Positions 25,751 through 38,162 of a DNA stretch of 64,000 nt are shown piece by piece (within the stretch, counting starts at the first letter, position 1; every line of letters starts with the position of its first letter). The stretch covers positions 1 to 64,000 of the forward strand of contig JAPEUG010000044.1 in NCBI GenBank assembly GCA_026025795.1, read 5' to 3'. Under the pieces are notes generated by a model. It saw only the letters and a list, made by a program, of their open reading frames with translations, ran no database searches and had not been told where the DNA came from. The position numbers were made by a program, and so were the translations under genes. This stretch comes from Thelocarpon superellum (Eukaryota).

Positions 25751-28516
25751 TCATCCTTGTACATGTAGGGCCGTCCCGCCGGTCCGCAACAACTTGTCCT
25801 TGTTTTTCACGAGTCACTGGCATAGAGGGGGAGGATTTCCCATGGGTGGCGATTTGACATGAAACGGTATGCATCGGACGTTCCGATCGTCCTGGGTGTT
25901 GGTTGTCTGCGTCTGTCTTTCTGTATCAATCTGTGCCCTTACCTGTTGTGTGTTTTCATAACTTCGTGTAAGTGTGTGTATACATATACCCGTGGGAGTA
26001 TACATATGGATATGTGAGGATCCATCACTTCATCATCCAGTCATCCAGAGCCAGATCTAGCATTTGCGCGCCTTGAACCGCGCAAGATCTTGCGACAAAG
26101 CAAGATGTGGCAGGAGTTAGACGGACAATCAGATTTCTATCTCATAGTATAATCAAGAACTATCAACAAGTTGGGGAATAGACGTTGGTGGTTTGTGGTC
26201 TGTAGCGCTATGCGATCCAGAGCCGTTTCGCCGTTTCCTCCCTTTCCCCTGTCACCCAGCTGTCTTCTCATGCCGACGTATTGGATGGTCATCTGCACAG
26301 CGATATAACCGCGTCCGTCGTCAGTGAAGTCTTCCTCGACGCAGATGGACGGCGGTACAGCGAAGTACAGAGTTCAGGTATGAATGGATAGAACGCAGGG
26401 AAAGGGCAAGGCTGGCGGAGAGGCAAGAGTAGAGCCAACTGGAGAACGGGCAAGACGGCAGGTTTGTCAGATATAAAGCCTCCGGTCAAGAGGCAAATCT
26501 CATCAAGGCCACAGCAGACACATTGGGAAAGCGTGGCTATGTCGACCGTCGTGAGATTGTAGTGAATATCATCATGTGATACATGGCGTGCATGGAATAC
26601 TGCGATGACGTGGGATGGTAGGAAAGGTGTATGGAGTTGGAGACTCACGGCACGGGTCTGATGGGGGCCGTGTTTCGAAAAGTGTGACGTTGCGTGGATC
26701 TTGCTTGTCTACCTGACTGGAAGCCGCCTGGTGACTTGTCAGTCGTTGTGCGCTCTATAAGTCATATCGTGAGGTTCAATGGAGGGAGCGGAGTCAGTCC
26801 AGACGATCTCGTCCTCGCTATCGTTTCCGACAGCTTGGACATATGCTTGTCTTGCGTAGTGTCGGAATCATCATGCATCGAGGGAGGGATCAATGAACAC
26901 TCTTGGACGTACCATACCATTGCAGATCATAGCTGCCGTGGTTTGTCATGAGTCGTGGCGCATCATGATTGCTGGGCTACGTCTTCGCAAGTCAGTCTCG
27001 TCCAGCGAAATGTGTGCGCGGCATTCGTCCCGAAAAAATGTAACGATCAGAAAGGCATGAATGGTAAGAAATTGGTTGTCTGCATCGGAAACCCGAATAA
27101 GACTCGTCATCTAGGATTTCATCATTGAAAGAGGGGCGAGCTCGAAGGTAGAGGACACGGGCATCGTACCGAGCTTCGGATGCCATTTCCACGCAGCAAT
27201 GGGGTGAGCCTTGGTCCTGTAGCTCCTCTCTCTGAGCATGCCCATGTCAATCAGCGTTTTTCTTCGCCGTGTTCCTTCTCGCCAGAGTAGGCAGTGCGTC
27301 CAATTTCAGTGGGCAAGGTTTTCTAGGCCTGCCGCGATAGGGCATATCCTCTCACAAAGCAGTATCGATCATGTCGAAGACTGTCGGCGCCCAGTGCCAT
27401 TCATCTTCAAGCTAGGTTCCGATGTGGTACGGGATCAAGGTGAAGGACGAGCATGAAACGAACCTCGAGAGCGAGATCACCAAGTCCTTTCCTCCATGCC
27501 TATTGATCGGTCAGCCAACATGTTCTTTCACGGGCGTTGATACAGCATAGTGGGCCATATATGAGCTCAGTCAAGCCATTAAGTATCCACACCAACCCGG
27601 AGGGCTTCGGCCGGTAATTTCCAGCGTATAGTTTATACGAATCATCATCTCTGCTCTGGGGAAGGACATGGGAAGGGAGTATGTGAGAAGGCATGAGTCA
27701 CTTACTTCTTCCACTGGATAAATGGCCGCTTTCACCTGTTGCTTGTCAATAACAATGACAGAAAGATGTTGAAGAGACAAGTCAAGGGGTGTGATAATTC
27801 AGACTGACGTGCAATTGAGTTTCACTCCTCGAAAGAGGTCAAAGACTCTAGCGGTTGAACAAATCATCATGAAAGGGAGCGGGCGGAGGAATCAGGGGGT
27901 TAGGGGACAGGGTCGTAGCTTACCAGGAATGAGAGCCACAAGGCGCCTCCAACTGAAGTCTTCTCAAACGCCGATGTTGCAGCTTTTCGTCCGGCGTTGG
28001 AAATGGCGAGTGAAGTTACGGAGATTCGCTTCGGCTGAAGTTCAGCATGGCTGGCACGTGACGGCTTTTGGCGCAGCCAGACTACTTAATGACGTGGATA
28101 CGTCGGGCCCATTGACCGCCTCGAAGGTCCCCGGAGAATTTACACCGTCACACGATGGTCGCCATGTTCCTCAAGATCAACACCTACTGAAATACCATGT
28201 TTGCATACCCATGTCTCCGGGGGGCCGAGAGGACTCATGTGCCGTTCGTGCCGTTTGACTCGCATACGTCGAATGTCTTTATTGGCGAGAACAGCCACGT
28301 TGTTCTGACGCATTTGGCAGAGCCTGCCGGACAAGGCGACAGATCAGTTGGAAATGGATGCGGGAAGACAGTCACAGCCCTACTGACGGGTCTGTCTAGG
28401 TAGACATAATATCAAGTTTTATTCCAGAAGCTCCTTCAGGCTCTCGTCTTTACGTCGTGCTCACTCCATCCTAATAACTCCAATCTCGACCTCATCATCA
28501 GTGATCATCGCTCCGC

Positions 28517-28990
28517 ATGTATTTCTTCATCATCTGCGCTGCAGTGATTTTGGCTTTCGCCATGCAACGGTCAGTCAAGGCGCACCCCCGAGACCGCACC
28601 TTCACCGGCTCCCAACCTGGCGACATGGAGCGGTTGGACCTGTGCCTTATCGCTCCCCGTGCTACAAGCTCTTATGAACTCTCACATGAAAGCTTCAAGA
28701 CCGGGTACGGATTTCGGCATGACCTGGAGGCCTCGAATAGAAGATTAATCCACGGAAGAATCCACTCCAGTAGCGAGAGTGATCCTCGAGCAAATAATTC
28801 GGAGCAGCTTACGCCTCGAGGTCGGCGGTAGCGATACACCTCGCGGGAAGCTGAAGCTATAACGGTGGACCGGGACGAGGCCAACAGGCGGCTACGCATG
28901 GAGAAGAAAGGAATGCAGGGCGAGGAATGGAGGGCGGGACGGAAGGTGGACGTTTACGAGGGCGGGAAAGAGTGGCGCAAACAGGAATAG
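28517..28990 (+). pseudogene. Small secreted protein gene with an internal in-frame TAG (or a 104-aa secreted peptide ending at 28831)
   Basis: Signal-peptide-like start MYFFIICAAVILAFAMQRSVKA. TAG at 28829-28831 is followed by 52 open, charged codons up to TAG 28988-28990. Confidence 0.4.
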
Positions 28991-29434
28991 AGTGATGGTA
29001 GAAGATCTACGCAGAGACACTAATTCCCAATTTCGAGCAGATCAGACCGTGGATGGCTGCATTTTTCGTCGCCCAGTAGCTGAGTAAGGACGAGAGCGAG
29101 GAGCGAGGGGCGAAGAGAAGTCGGACAGAATCGGATTGTCTCGTGACGAAAACGAATCAACCTCGGCACGACTACTCATACCACTCAGGACGAGTAGCAG
29201 GAGAGGTGACACCACTGAGTAGCGACGGACGTGGAGGGCGTGGAGGGGTATCGTACCATACTATGGTCTCCGAGTCCGTCCAGGCGCCCTCGCGCCCCGT
29301 GCCCCTCGTCCGAGCACGAGCACGAGCGCCGGAGACGTCACATAACGCTGGTGCTGCGTCTTTCCGTCCCATGCTATGGTTCTCACCACGAACCATTACG
29401 CTGAACCTCGCACGCTTCAACCTTGGAAATTGTC

Positions 29435-30676
29435 ATGGCGTCTGCGGCCAACGGAGCTGAGTTACCCCCGTCGAGGGAGGAGAAGATCAACATTGACATT
29501 GTCACCCTCACGCGGTTCCTGACGGAGGAGCAAACAAAGCATCGTGAAGCCACCGGAGATTTCACGTGAGACTCAATTACGGCGTCTACGCTCTCCCGAT
29601 GGTCTACTGACCACCACTGTTCCAGGCTCCTCTGCCACGCGCTCCAATTCTCCTTCAAAAGCATCGCCTACTACATTCGTCGTGCGACCTTGATCAACGT
29701 ACGTTCGTTGAGCGTTGACAGGGGCATGTCAGATTGGATCTGACAAGCAAGCTTAGCTTACCGGACTTGCGGGCTCGTCCAACACAACGGGCGATGAACA
29801 GAAGAAGCTGGACGTCATTGGCAACGACCTATTCGTGAGCGCCATGCGCACGTCGGGCAAATGCCGAATTCTGGTGTCCGAGGAAGAAGAGGAGGCCATC
29901 GTCTTCCACGAGAATCCACACGCTCGTTATGCCGTCGTGTGCGATCCCATCGACGGCAGCTCCAACCTCGATGCCGGCGTCTCGGTTGGGACGATTTTCG
30001 GCATCTTTAAGCTCGCAGAAGGCGCCAAAGGAACCAAAGAGGAGCTCCTCCTCCCTGGCACCGATCTCGTGGCCAGTGGCTTCACCATGTATGGTGCTTC
30101 GGCGCAATTGGTCATCACCATGAAAGGGGGCTCGGTCAATGGCTTTACCATGGACAATGCGCTGGGCGAATTTATCCTCACGCATCCAAACATGCGCATG
30201 CCCAAGTCGCGAGCGATTTACTCGGTCAACGAAGGCAACTCGCTCTATTGGGACGAGAGCGTCAAGGAATACTTCAACAGCCTGAAATACCCAGCCACTG
30301 ACGGGGGCAAGCCTTACAGCGCGCGGTACATCGGCAGCATGGTGGCTGACGCCTACCGAACGCTCCTCTATGGCGGCATCTTCGCCTACCCGGCCGACAA
30401 GAAGAGCCCCAAGGGCAAGCTACGGATCTTGTACGAGTGCGCACCTATGGCCATGGTGATGGAGAACGGTGAGCTCCACCGCCCCGACCCCTCTCCCTCC
30501 TCGCAGGAACCGGCTGACGAAGATGGAATGCAGCGGGCGGACAAGCCGTGAACAGCCGAATGGAGCGCATGTTAGGCGTGGTTCCCGAACATATTCACGA
30601 TCGATCCGGCATCTTCATGGGGAGTTATGATGAGGTGCAGAAGGTCATCGATGTCTATCAGAAGCATGTGAAATAG
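29435..30676 (+). CDS. FBP1: Fructose-1,6-bisphosphatase
   Basis: Motifs DIVTLTRFL, NTTGDEQKKLDV, CDPIDGSSNLD, ARYIGSMVAD, GKLRILYEC. Introns 29566-29625, 29699-29756 and 30469-30533; ends YQKHVK*. Confidence 0.96.
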
Positions 30677-31499
30677 CTTTCTCACAAAATAGAGCTGTGG
30701 AGGATGGCTTTCGTCCTGCCGCTCCTCATTGCCAGAACAGACACGGCTACCATCGTCCTTGCCGCCGTAATGGTCAGCCATGATGGACTGGACTTTCACA
30801 TGTCTGCACATCAGCTACCTTGTACCTACTCTGCATGAGCACGCAGGCATATCCCGGTCGAAAGCCGACATCTGAATGGACAGACGGAGGAATCGACACG
30901 TCGTACTTTCAAGCGACCAGCGCGCCACGCAACAGGCGAAGAGACGTGCTTACCCCGCTCGCCGACACTTGTCCTGCACATCGCCAGTCCACTCTTCTTC
31001 GCCGCTCGCTTCTCTTCGCAAAGAGAGACTCAAAGATGAGCGAAGCTCGGGAAATGTCAAAGCGCACAGCAAAGGCTCTCCTCATCTGTAGCAAGATAGT
31101 AAAATAGAACCTCCGCAGAGCTCGAGCAATGGCTCTTGGGGATGCCAGTAGGTTCGGCTTCTACGCGGCGAATCGATTAGGAGAACGGAATGTATCCACA
31201 AGTGGCATGGAGGTACCCGTCCCGCTGCCTTACCCTTGCATGTTGAGGAGGGGCTTCGAGGTAGAAGAGTAGACGCGAGGACCGGCGCCACACTTCAGCC
31301 TCGTAGTCTTGGGACATGAACAGCATCCACCGAGCCATCGTGGACTGCACAACGCTGAAGAGCAGAGCTATTTCTGCGTGACTCGAGGCGTCACATCACA
31401 TCTCCTTCTGGAGCGCCGAGTCGCTGGAACTTCGGACAGAACCGTGCAAAGCAGATTCATCAGGCTTGTGCCGAACCATCTCGAACGTACCTCGCAAGC

Positions 31500-32484
31500 A
31501 TGATTCCGCGTCTTGCATCCATCTTGGTGAGTCGAGGGTGGAGTGGCTTCGGGGTGGGAGATGGCTCCGTGGATGTGGAGAAGGGGAATGCGAGGCTGAC
31601 AAGAGGCATGCCGACAACCATGTAGGTTCTGCTTGGACTCCTTGTGGTTGCCATCTACGCCTGGGTCCGCACCTCGTACCTTGCGCTTCCGGTGCCCGTC
31701 GTTGCGTCTATCTTGGCCATCGTCTCGCCCATCTTTACCTACTTGAGCATCGCGGCGCCGGGGACAACACGAGGCGCGCCGAGTACGAGTCGGGCTCTAG
31801 CTGGACCTCTTCGACCTCAGCCCGTTCGGCCCATCGTTGCGTTGATCCTCGATGTCGTGCTGGTGACTCTTGCCGCGACGAATCTGGATCCCTCGCTCCA
31901 GACTTGCGCCCTGGCGACACAGTGGCTGGGCCTGTTTGAGAGAAAGGCAGCTACGTCTATTCGGCGGGTGCAGGATGCTCTTCAGTGCTGCGGCTTCAGG
32001 TCGTCTCATGATCAGGCCTGGCCCTTCCCGGACGCCCATCATGGTGCGCGCGCCTGCGAAGAGACGTTTGCACGTGCGCAGGCCTGCTTGGGCCCTTGGC
32101 GTCGCGAAGAGAATGTCGTGCTGGGCTTGATGCTTGCGCTTGGCGCCGCTTGTGCAGTATACAAGGTAAGTGGTCTGCAACCGCCGTCCACTTGGCGTGA
32201 TGATCGCCGATCGAATCAGTCAAGGTAATCGGTTCTTTCGCGCGTCTTAGGGTGTCCTGCTTCTGATCATGCACTTTCGACCCGCCTGGTTAGGTCAAGG
32301 GGCTCTCCACACTGGGCGTGGAGTAGAGATTGAGGGCGGAGAGCGACGGCTCATCGAGTCCGGGATCGAAGATCAGCGGGACGAGCCCGAGCCATACACC
32401 GATGATCCGCAGGCGACGGGGCCACGTACGGAAGGAGAAGGTGAAGAGAGAATTCTCGCACGCTTGCAGAACGGTGATAGCTGA
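31500..32484 (+). CDS. Fungal tetraspanin (Tsp3-like)
   Basis: Exons 31500-31526, 31626-32165 and 32251-32484. Several hydrophobic segments; extracellular loop with IRRVQDALQCCGF...AWPFP...C...C; acidic C-terminal tail. Confidence 0.8.
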
Positions 32485-32516
32485 GTTGTGGTCTCTGCGT
32501 TACCGTTGCAAGAACC

Positions 32517-35500
32517 TCAAATAACGAGATACCGCTCGGTGACGCTCTTCGCCATCTCCAAGTTGCCTGCGGTCAAATATATGAGCTGGAGATTGTACGC
32601 CGCGTCTCGGGCAAAATGTTCCACGGTCGTCCCGGCACCACTGGAGCATGTCTCGTCCGCAAGCGTCAACACCCTCTCGTAATACGAGACCGCAAGATGC
32701 ATGAGTCCTGAGCACGGTCGTCAGTTGATGCGTAGAATGAATGAGTTCAAGTGACGAGAGCGGTCCGTACCAATCATATGAAAGGACCTCGCAATGTTGT
32801 AGTCCGCCTCCTGCCGTTCCCCCACCAGCGAAGACGTCTGCCGGATATCATAGTACGCAAAGAGAAAGTTCAAGCCCTGCATGATCAGGTAGTGTCGATT
32901 CTCCGACTGCCGCTTCAGCGAGTAATGGAGGAAATTGAGTCCGAGGAAGAGGTTGGTCATGGGATTCCCCCGGTCGAGTTGATACGCCCGAAAGTAGTAG
33001 TCTGGCGCGGGGACGGGTTAGCGTCATGAGATGGAAGGAGGTATTGGTCCAACATACTGAACGCGTTGGCGTAGCTCGTTCCCACGTAGAGCATATGGCC
33101 ATAGAGTGTGAGCAGGGCCACGTCCATCTCGTCATTGACGATTGGGTTGCCGTGCTCGTCCTTGGACGTGTACGAGGCCTTCTCGCCAAAATGCTTCTTT
33201 CGATACTCTTCGCTGACGAGGGAAAAGTCCATGGCTTTGATCTGGCGCAGCACATACTTCTGAGAGGGCCCGGCGTTGTACCACGACATCGGACATTTGC
33301 AGCACCGATGTAGCGCTGCGTACAGACGGTAGGTATCGGTGGTGAATTGATGCTCTTTCATGAACCACCGCGCAACGTTGCAAATCGTCTCATCGTCGTT
33401 GACGGCCAGCGCACAAACTTGTCCGAGTCAGCAGAGGTGCTCGAATGAGGTATCACGGCGGAACAGACCGGCCCAGCACAGCTGGATCTGGAAGACGCTC
33501 TCGGGAGAGTGGTAGAAGACATTGGCGTCATACGCAGCGCCGAGCACTTCGTATGCGTCCGCCGCCTGACCACGCTTGGCCAGGCAGAGCGCGTACTCGA
33601 GGAAGACATCCAGCCACTGATCAAACGGGATGCCCCGGTAGTCATCCGGGACGGCCGAGGCCGCCGGGTCTTCCGCCTTTCCCGCATCTTCCAACGATGC
33701 CTTCAGCCGATCAGCCATTGCCTCCATGTCGGTGACGGTCTCGTTGCCCTTGGACTTGAGCGCACGCTTCCGAGCCTCGCGCGAGTAGCCCAAAAACCGG
33801 ACATATTTGTCCCAGGGAAAGAAGACTCGCGCACTGCGAAACTCCTGGACCAAGACCTTCGATCCCCGCATCCAGTCAATCGTCGCGCTCTCGTCACCCG
33901 CACGCATCTGGTCTTGCAGCGACTGCACCTGGGCGTGCTGCATTTGCATGGCTTCTACACGCGCCGCCTCGCGTTCTTCCGTCTCTTCAGCCGTCATCCG
34001 CGGTTTCCTGGGCGTACGCTGGCTGGCCTTGGAGGCGGTCGGAAGCAGGGCGCCGGTACGGGCACCGGCACGATGACCAGCGCGGCTCCTGGTATCCGGC
34101 GTGTCGCCGTCTTGTTGGGTGAGCTGTAGCACCTCGTTGGCCAGGGTGAAAGCCTCCTCGGGCATGTCCAGCTCCTCATACAGGCGGGCCAAGTGTACTC
34201 GAGCTTCGATATTCCGCTCGTCATGCTCGATAACGGTCTTGTAACATAACTCGGATTTCTCGGGAAGATCGATGCCCCGGTATGAGGTGGCCATCTGCAG
34301 GTAGAGCTGCGCATCAGGATAGCCATCGATCTGCTGCAGCGGCTCGAGGAATTTCAGAGCCTCGTGGTGATGGCCCGTGACCTGGAGAGCGTCGGCAGTC
34401 TCTCGGAAGAGATCAGGATAATCGTACAGCTTCGCGCCCGGTTCGTCATTCTCCACATCTAACCAGGCGAAATGGCCCTGAATGAGTCAGCGGAGACGGT
34501 GCCGGGCTTGAAGCATCTCTACCCTACCACGTACCAGAGCTTCCGACAGATGTTCGTGACCCAGGTTCAAGCGGTAGGCCCCCATCTTGACACGCAATTC
34601 AAGCGGAAGACCCGCGCCATAGGAGGCTTGTTCGAAACGGCCGGGGGTGAAGCCTGGGACGACGGCGCGACGTGGATGGTCCTCAGCGTCCCACTCTCGG
34701 TCATCCTGGTCGATGTCATCCCAATAAGTCTCGTCCTCGCGACCCAGGAGATATCTCGACAGCATCTTCAACTCGGCAATACCGTCCGCATACTCTTCTT
34801 GATATCCCATCAGCTCCACAAAGACATTGACGTCCGACCAATCGAAGACGTCGCCGGACTGCGGCGAATTGACCAGCATGTCCGAAAAATATGAGCGGTA
34901 GAGTTGCGTGGCCCGGTCGACGTCGTTGTTATCGATGGAGATCTCGGCCAGGAGACGCAAGACGGTGGTATCGCGAGGGAGCATGTCGTGGATTTGGTAG
35001 AGTTCGTTGGCGGCGCGGCCCTTGAGACCGAGTTCACGCACGAGCAAGGCTCGCTCGTAGCGTGACTCGACGTCTTTGGCGTTGATGCGAATGAGCTGAG
35101 TGAAGCAGTAGATGGCATCCTTGAGATATTCCGCACGGTTCTCTCGGCCGTGCTCTAGGATCAGATGTGCGCAGCTTCGCCACAGGCTCGGATCTTTGGG
35201 TCGCAGGTGGGCCGCGCTCAAGAAAGCAATGATCCCAAGCCGGATCTCACCTTGCTCGAGGTAGATCCCGGACAGGAGAGCATGGGCGGCGTACGTCTCA
35301 TCGTTCATCAACAGCACTTGATTGGCGAGCTCTTCAGCCCTCTCGTACTCGCCGTTCACGAACGCTCCGTTGGCTTGTGCTAGCAATAACTTGATCTCCA
35401 TCGGCGGCTCGACGGGCTTGCGCGGGCCTCTCGGACCCCGTCGTCCTCCGCGGTTGCCATAGATGGATTTCGCTCCGCGTGGTGGGCTCTCCTGCCTTCC

Positions 35501-35851
35501 TCGCCCTCGGCTCTTCAACTTCTGCTGAAAGCTGGCCACGTCGGACTGCAGAGTGAAGAACTCTCGGTCTTCGTCAGAGTCTTCGTCTGCTTCTTCGCTG
35601 GACGGAATTCCATCGTCCGAAAGCTGGACATGGTGTGATCGGCGGCCTTCACCCTCTTCTCGAGATCGCGACCCATATCTGTCTGAGGTCTGCTCTGAGT
35701 TAAGAGACGGCGATTCCACGTAAGTCCCTCGTCTCATAGCCTGTCCCTGGGGATTTCCACCGAGCCAGGGATAGCTTGGTTGATGGTCGAGCTCCGGATA
35801 CGTGTGGGCGTCGCCGTCATCCGCCGACTCATGGTCAACCTGTTGATCCAT
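32517..35851 (-). CDS. TFC4: Transcription factor TFIIIC TPR subunit (Tfc4/Sfc4), multi-exon
   Basis: Consecutive ORF blocks 34487-35851, 33428-34456, 32957-33361, 32721-32960 and 32517-32702. They contain TPR repeats, AAHLRPKD, LPLELRVKMG, HYSLKRQSENRH, QEADYNIARSFH and the end DAAYNLQLIY...ERYLVI*. Confidence 0.92.
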
Positions 35852-37093
35852 GTTTCCTGTACTTTTACCGACGTGGCAGGATGTAAGAGGCGAGACCCGC
35901 AGTATGGTAGATCTTTTCTTCTCTTGTCGTGCTCATCTTTCCGAAATATTCAGGACAGGCAGACGCTTCACCCTCTGCATCCCACAATCATTCCACTTCA
36001 CTCCCACACGATCCGCTAGATTTGATCGGCAATAATGTACACTTGGTCTGTCTGGTCGTCCGCATCTCGCTGTCCTTTCTCTACCAAATCAAAACCAGCG
36101 CGCACGTGACAAGCGCGGAGGGCCTTACCCAGGGCTCTTCGTCAACTTCAAACAGCTCCCCAACAGGTTATTCGCGGGTTTGTGAGGCCGCGAAAATCGA
36201 GAAAAGAGGCCAAAACGAACTTGGGAGTTGTTGACCACGGTGGCAAATTTCTACTGAGTCCTCACGGAGGACCGCAGTCACAGAGATGCTGCGCTTTCGC
36301 TCACTATCTCCTCCCTCGTGATGATTTCTTACCTCATGCTGAGCTCCCATCTCGCGAATTCGTGAGCATCTGCAGTATTGGCCGCCTCTGACGACCCTAA
36401 TGAGCGCCTGAGGGTGGTGTGGTCCGACGTAGCTTCAAATCAGGCGAGCCCACCACTTCTGCACTCTCAGAAACGTTTCACCACCCTACGCTTCGCTTTG
36501 GACGCTGTTGCAGCGCCGGATTTCTTACGTTCGGCAATGCCGGTGCTTACACCTAGGCCTTGTCGCATCACAGGTATGAAACGCCAGCTTAGCCATGCGA
36601 GCCGAAACCTCCGAGCAGAGCGGGTCTGAGCGTGGTGGTGCGGCAAGGCATGGCGCGTCTGGCTCAGCCGTCCATTTCCATAGGCGGCCCTCGCTATTGG
36701 CTGTGGAGGCCCCAAGCAGAGAGATACCGACACCGTCGCGAAAGGTGCGAGCTGCAGGACAGGATGGCATGACGGAAGTTTCCATGCTGCACCTCTCCAT
36801 TGTGTGAATCCTCCCGGCCGAGACGAGTTTGGGATCTCCACCGTGTAGGATCCTGCGCATCTTCGGATCACATGTACAATGCCTTCTACCTACCTCCTCA
36901 CCACGTTGGGGTGGTGCCGAAAGAGTCCCCTTCCACCGCAAGGAGATTTGGGTCGTTTGCTCCAAAGCACATAGAAACCCTCAGCCCCAGCTACTGCGTT
37001 ACGTCCCGTAAAGAGTCCGCAACCTTTACACTCATTCGGACAATGTCTAGGGAATAGTACCATTAGCAGCAGATGTGGGTATTTATCAATCGT

Positions 37094-37127
37094 CAGTGCC
37101 AGTGCCAGTGCCAGTGCCAGTGCCAGT
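37094..37127. repeat. (CAGTGC)5+ hexanucleotide microsatellite
   Basis: Read directly; lies in the TFC4-VTS1 divergent intergenic region. Confidence 0.9.
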
Positions 37128-38162
37128 AGTGCGGGCAGTGAACTGGGCATGAAGAGGCCCGTCGTCCGCTTGTCTCGAACCCTCGTGGCGTTACGTAGCG
37201 GGCCGCGCCAGATCCCTGCGACCATTCTCCGCTCGCCAACCGTCGAGTAGGATGCTTCATAGGCAACCATGCGCACAAGGGCAATGTCCGTCTGACTTCA
37301 GCTCTCCTGCCCGGTGCTACAGGCCGGACTTATCCTGCTCTCCTTCGCCGCCTCTTCGCCTTCTTCCCTATCCTCCTTCTCCGCTCCTTCTCGTCGCCCT
37401 CCGTCTTTCCTCGCATCTGATCGTCCTCCCTCCACGCAATCAAGCGCCGGTCGGGTCAACTCTCACCTTGGCCAGCCTTGATCCGGTGAGGAGGCGACAA
37501 ACAAGTTGACGACGCATCCTGCTCACGAGCGGCCATTGACCTTTTTTCCCTCCCAATCCCGATCGCGCACCACGCCATCGCGGGTCACGGTCGCTGCGCG
37601 TCAGTCCCAACCCTCTCTGTCCGGCTAGTCCACGGCGGTATCCCAGCCAGTCACCTCCTGTGTCTGGCCCCCAAACCCCCACCATTCGCCACGGTGACTC
37701 GCCGATCCCACTCACTACACGAGTTTGCGAGTTTGGTCCACCCATGTTCACGACCATCCCGAAGCTCCTTTGAAGTCAGCCGGCACTGCAGGACCCTTCG
37801 GACAATCACCCCAACTGCCCATCTACCCTGTTCACTTCCCACGTCTTCTGGCACCTGCCAGACCAGCGGATCTGCAGACTACTATTGGAAACGTCAATTC
37901 CATCTCGTTTCCATTCCCTAGCAAACCGCCGCAGTCGACGTCCCAACTCACCGCCTGCACTCCTCCGCATATAATCTGACACGGTCCACTCCTTCGATTG
38001 CCCTTCAGATCTCTCAGGCGCTGTGTGCACCCTTGTGCGCTTCGGCCTCACGGTACGTTAGGTCGACTGCTGAGCACGCATCAGTGGCTAATCCAGGTGG
38101 ATCGCCATTCAGCCGGGTCTGCCACCGAACTCAGCCCGCACCTTTCCAAGTCAGCATTCACA

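Noticed and set aside
30674..30840. Cryptic peroxisomal isoform of FBP1 via readthrough of TAG-CTT
   Set aside because: The context is not TGA-CTA, and the in-frame extension ends TYSA*, which is not a PTS1.
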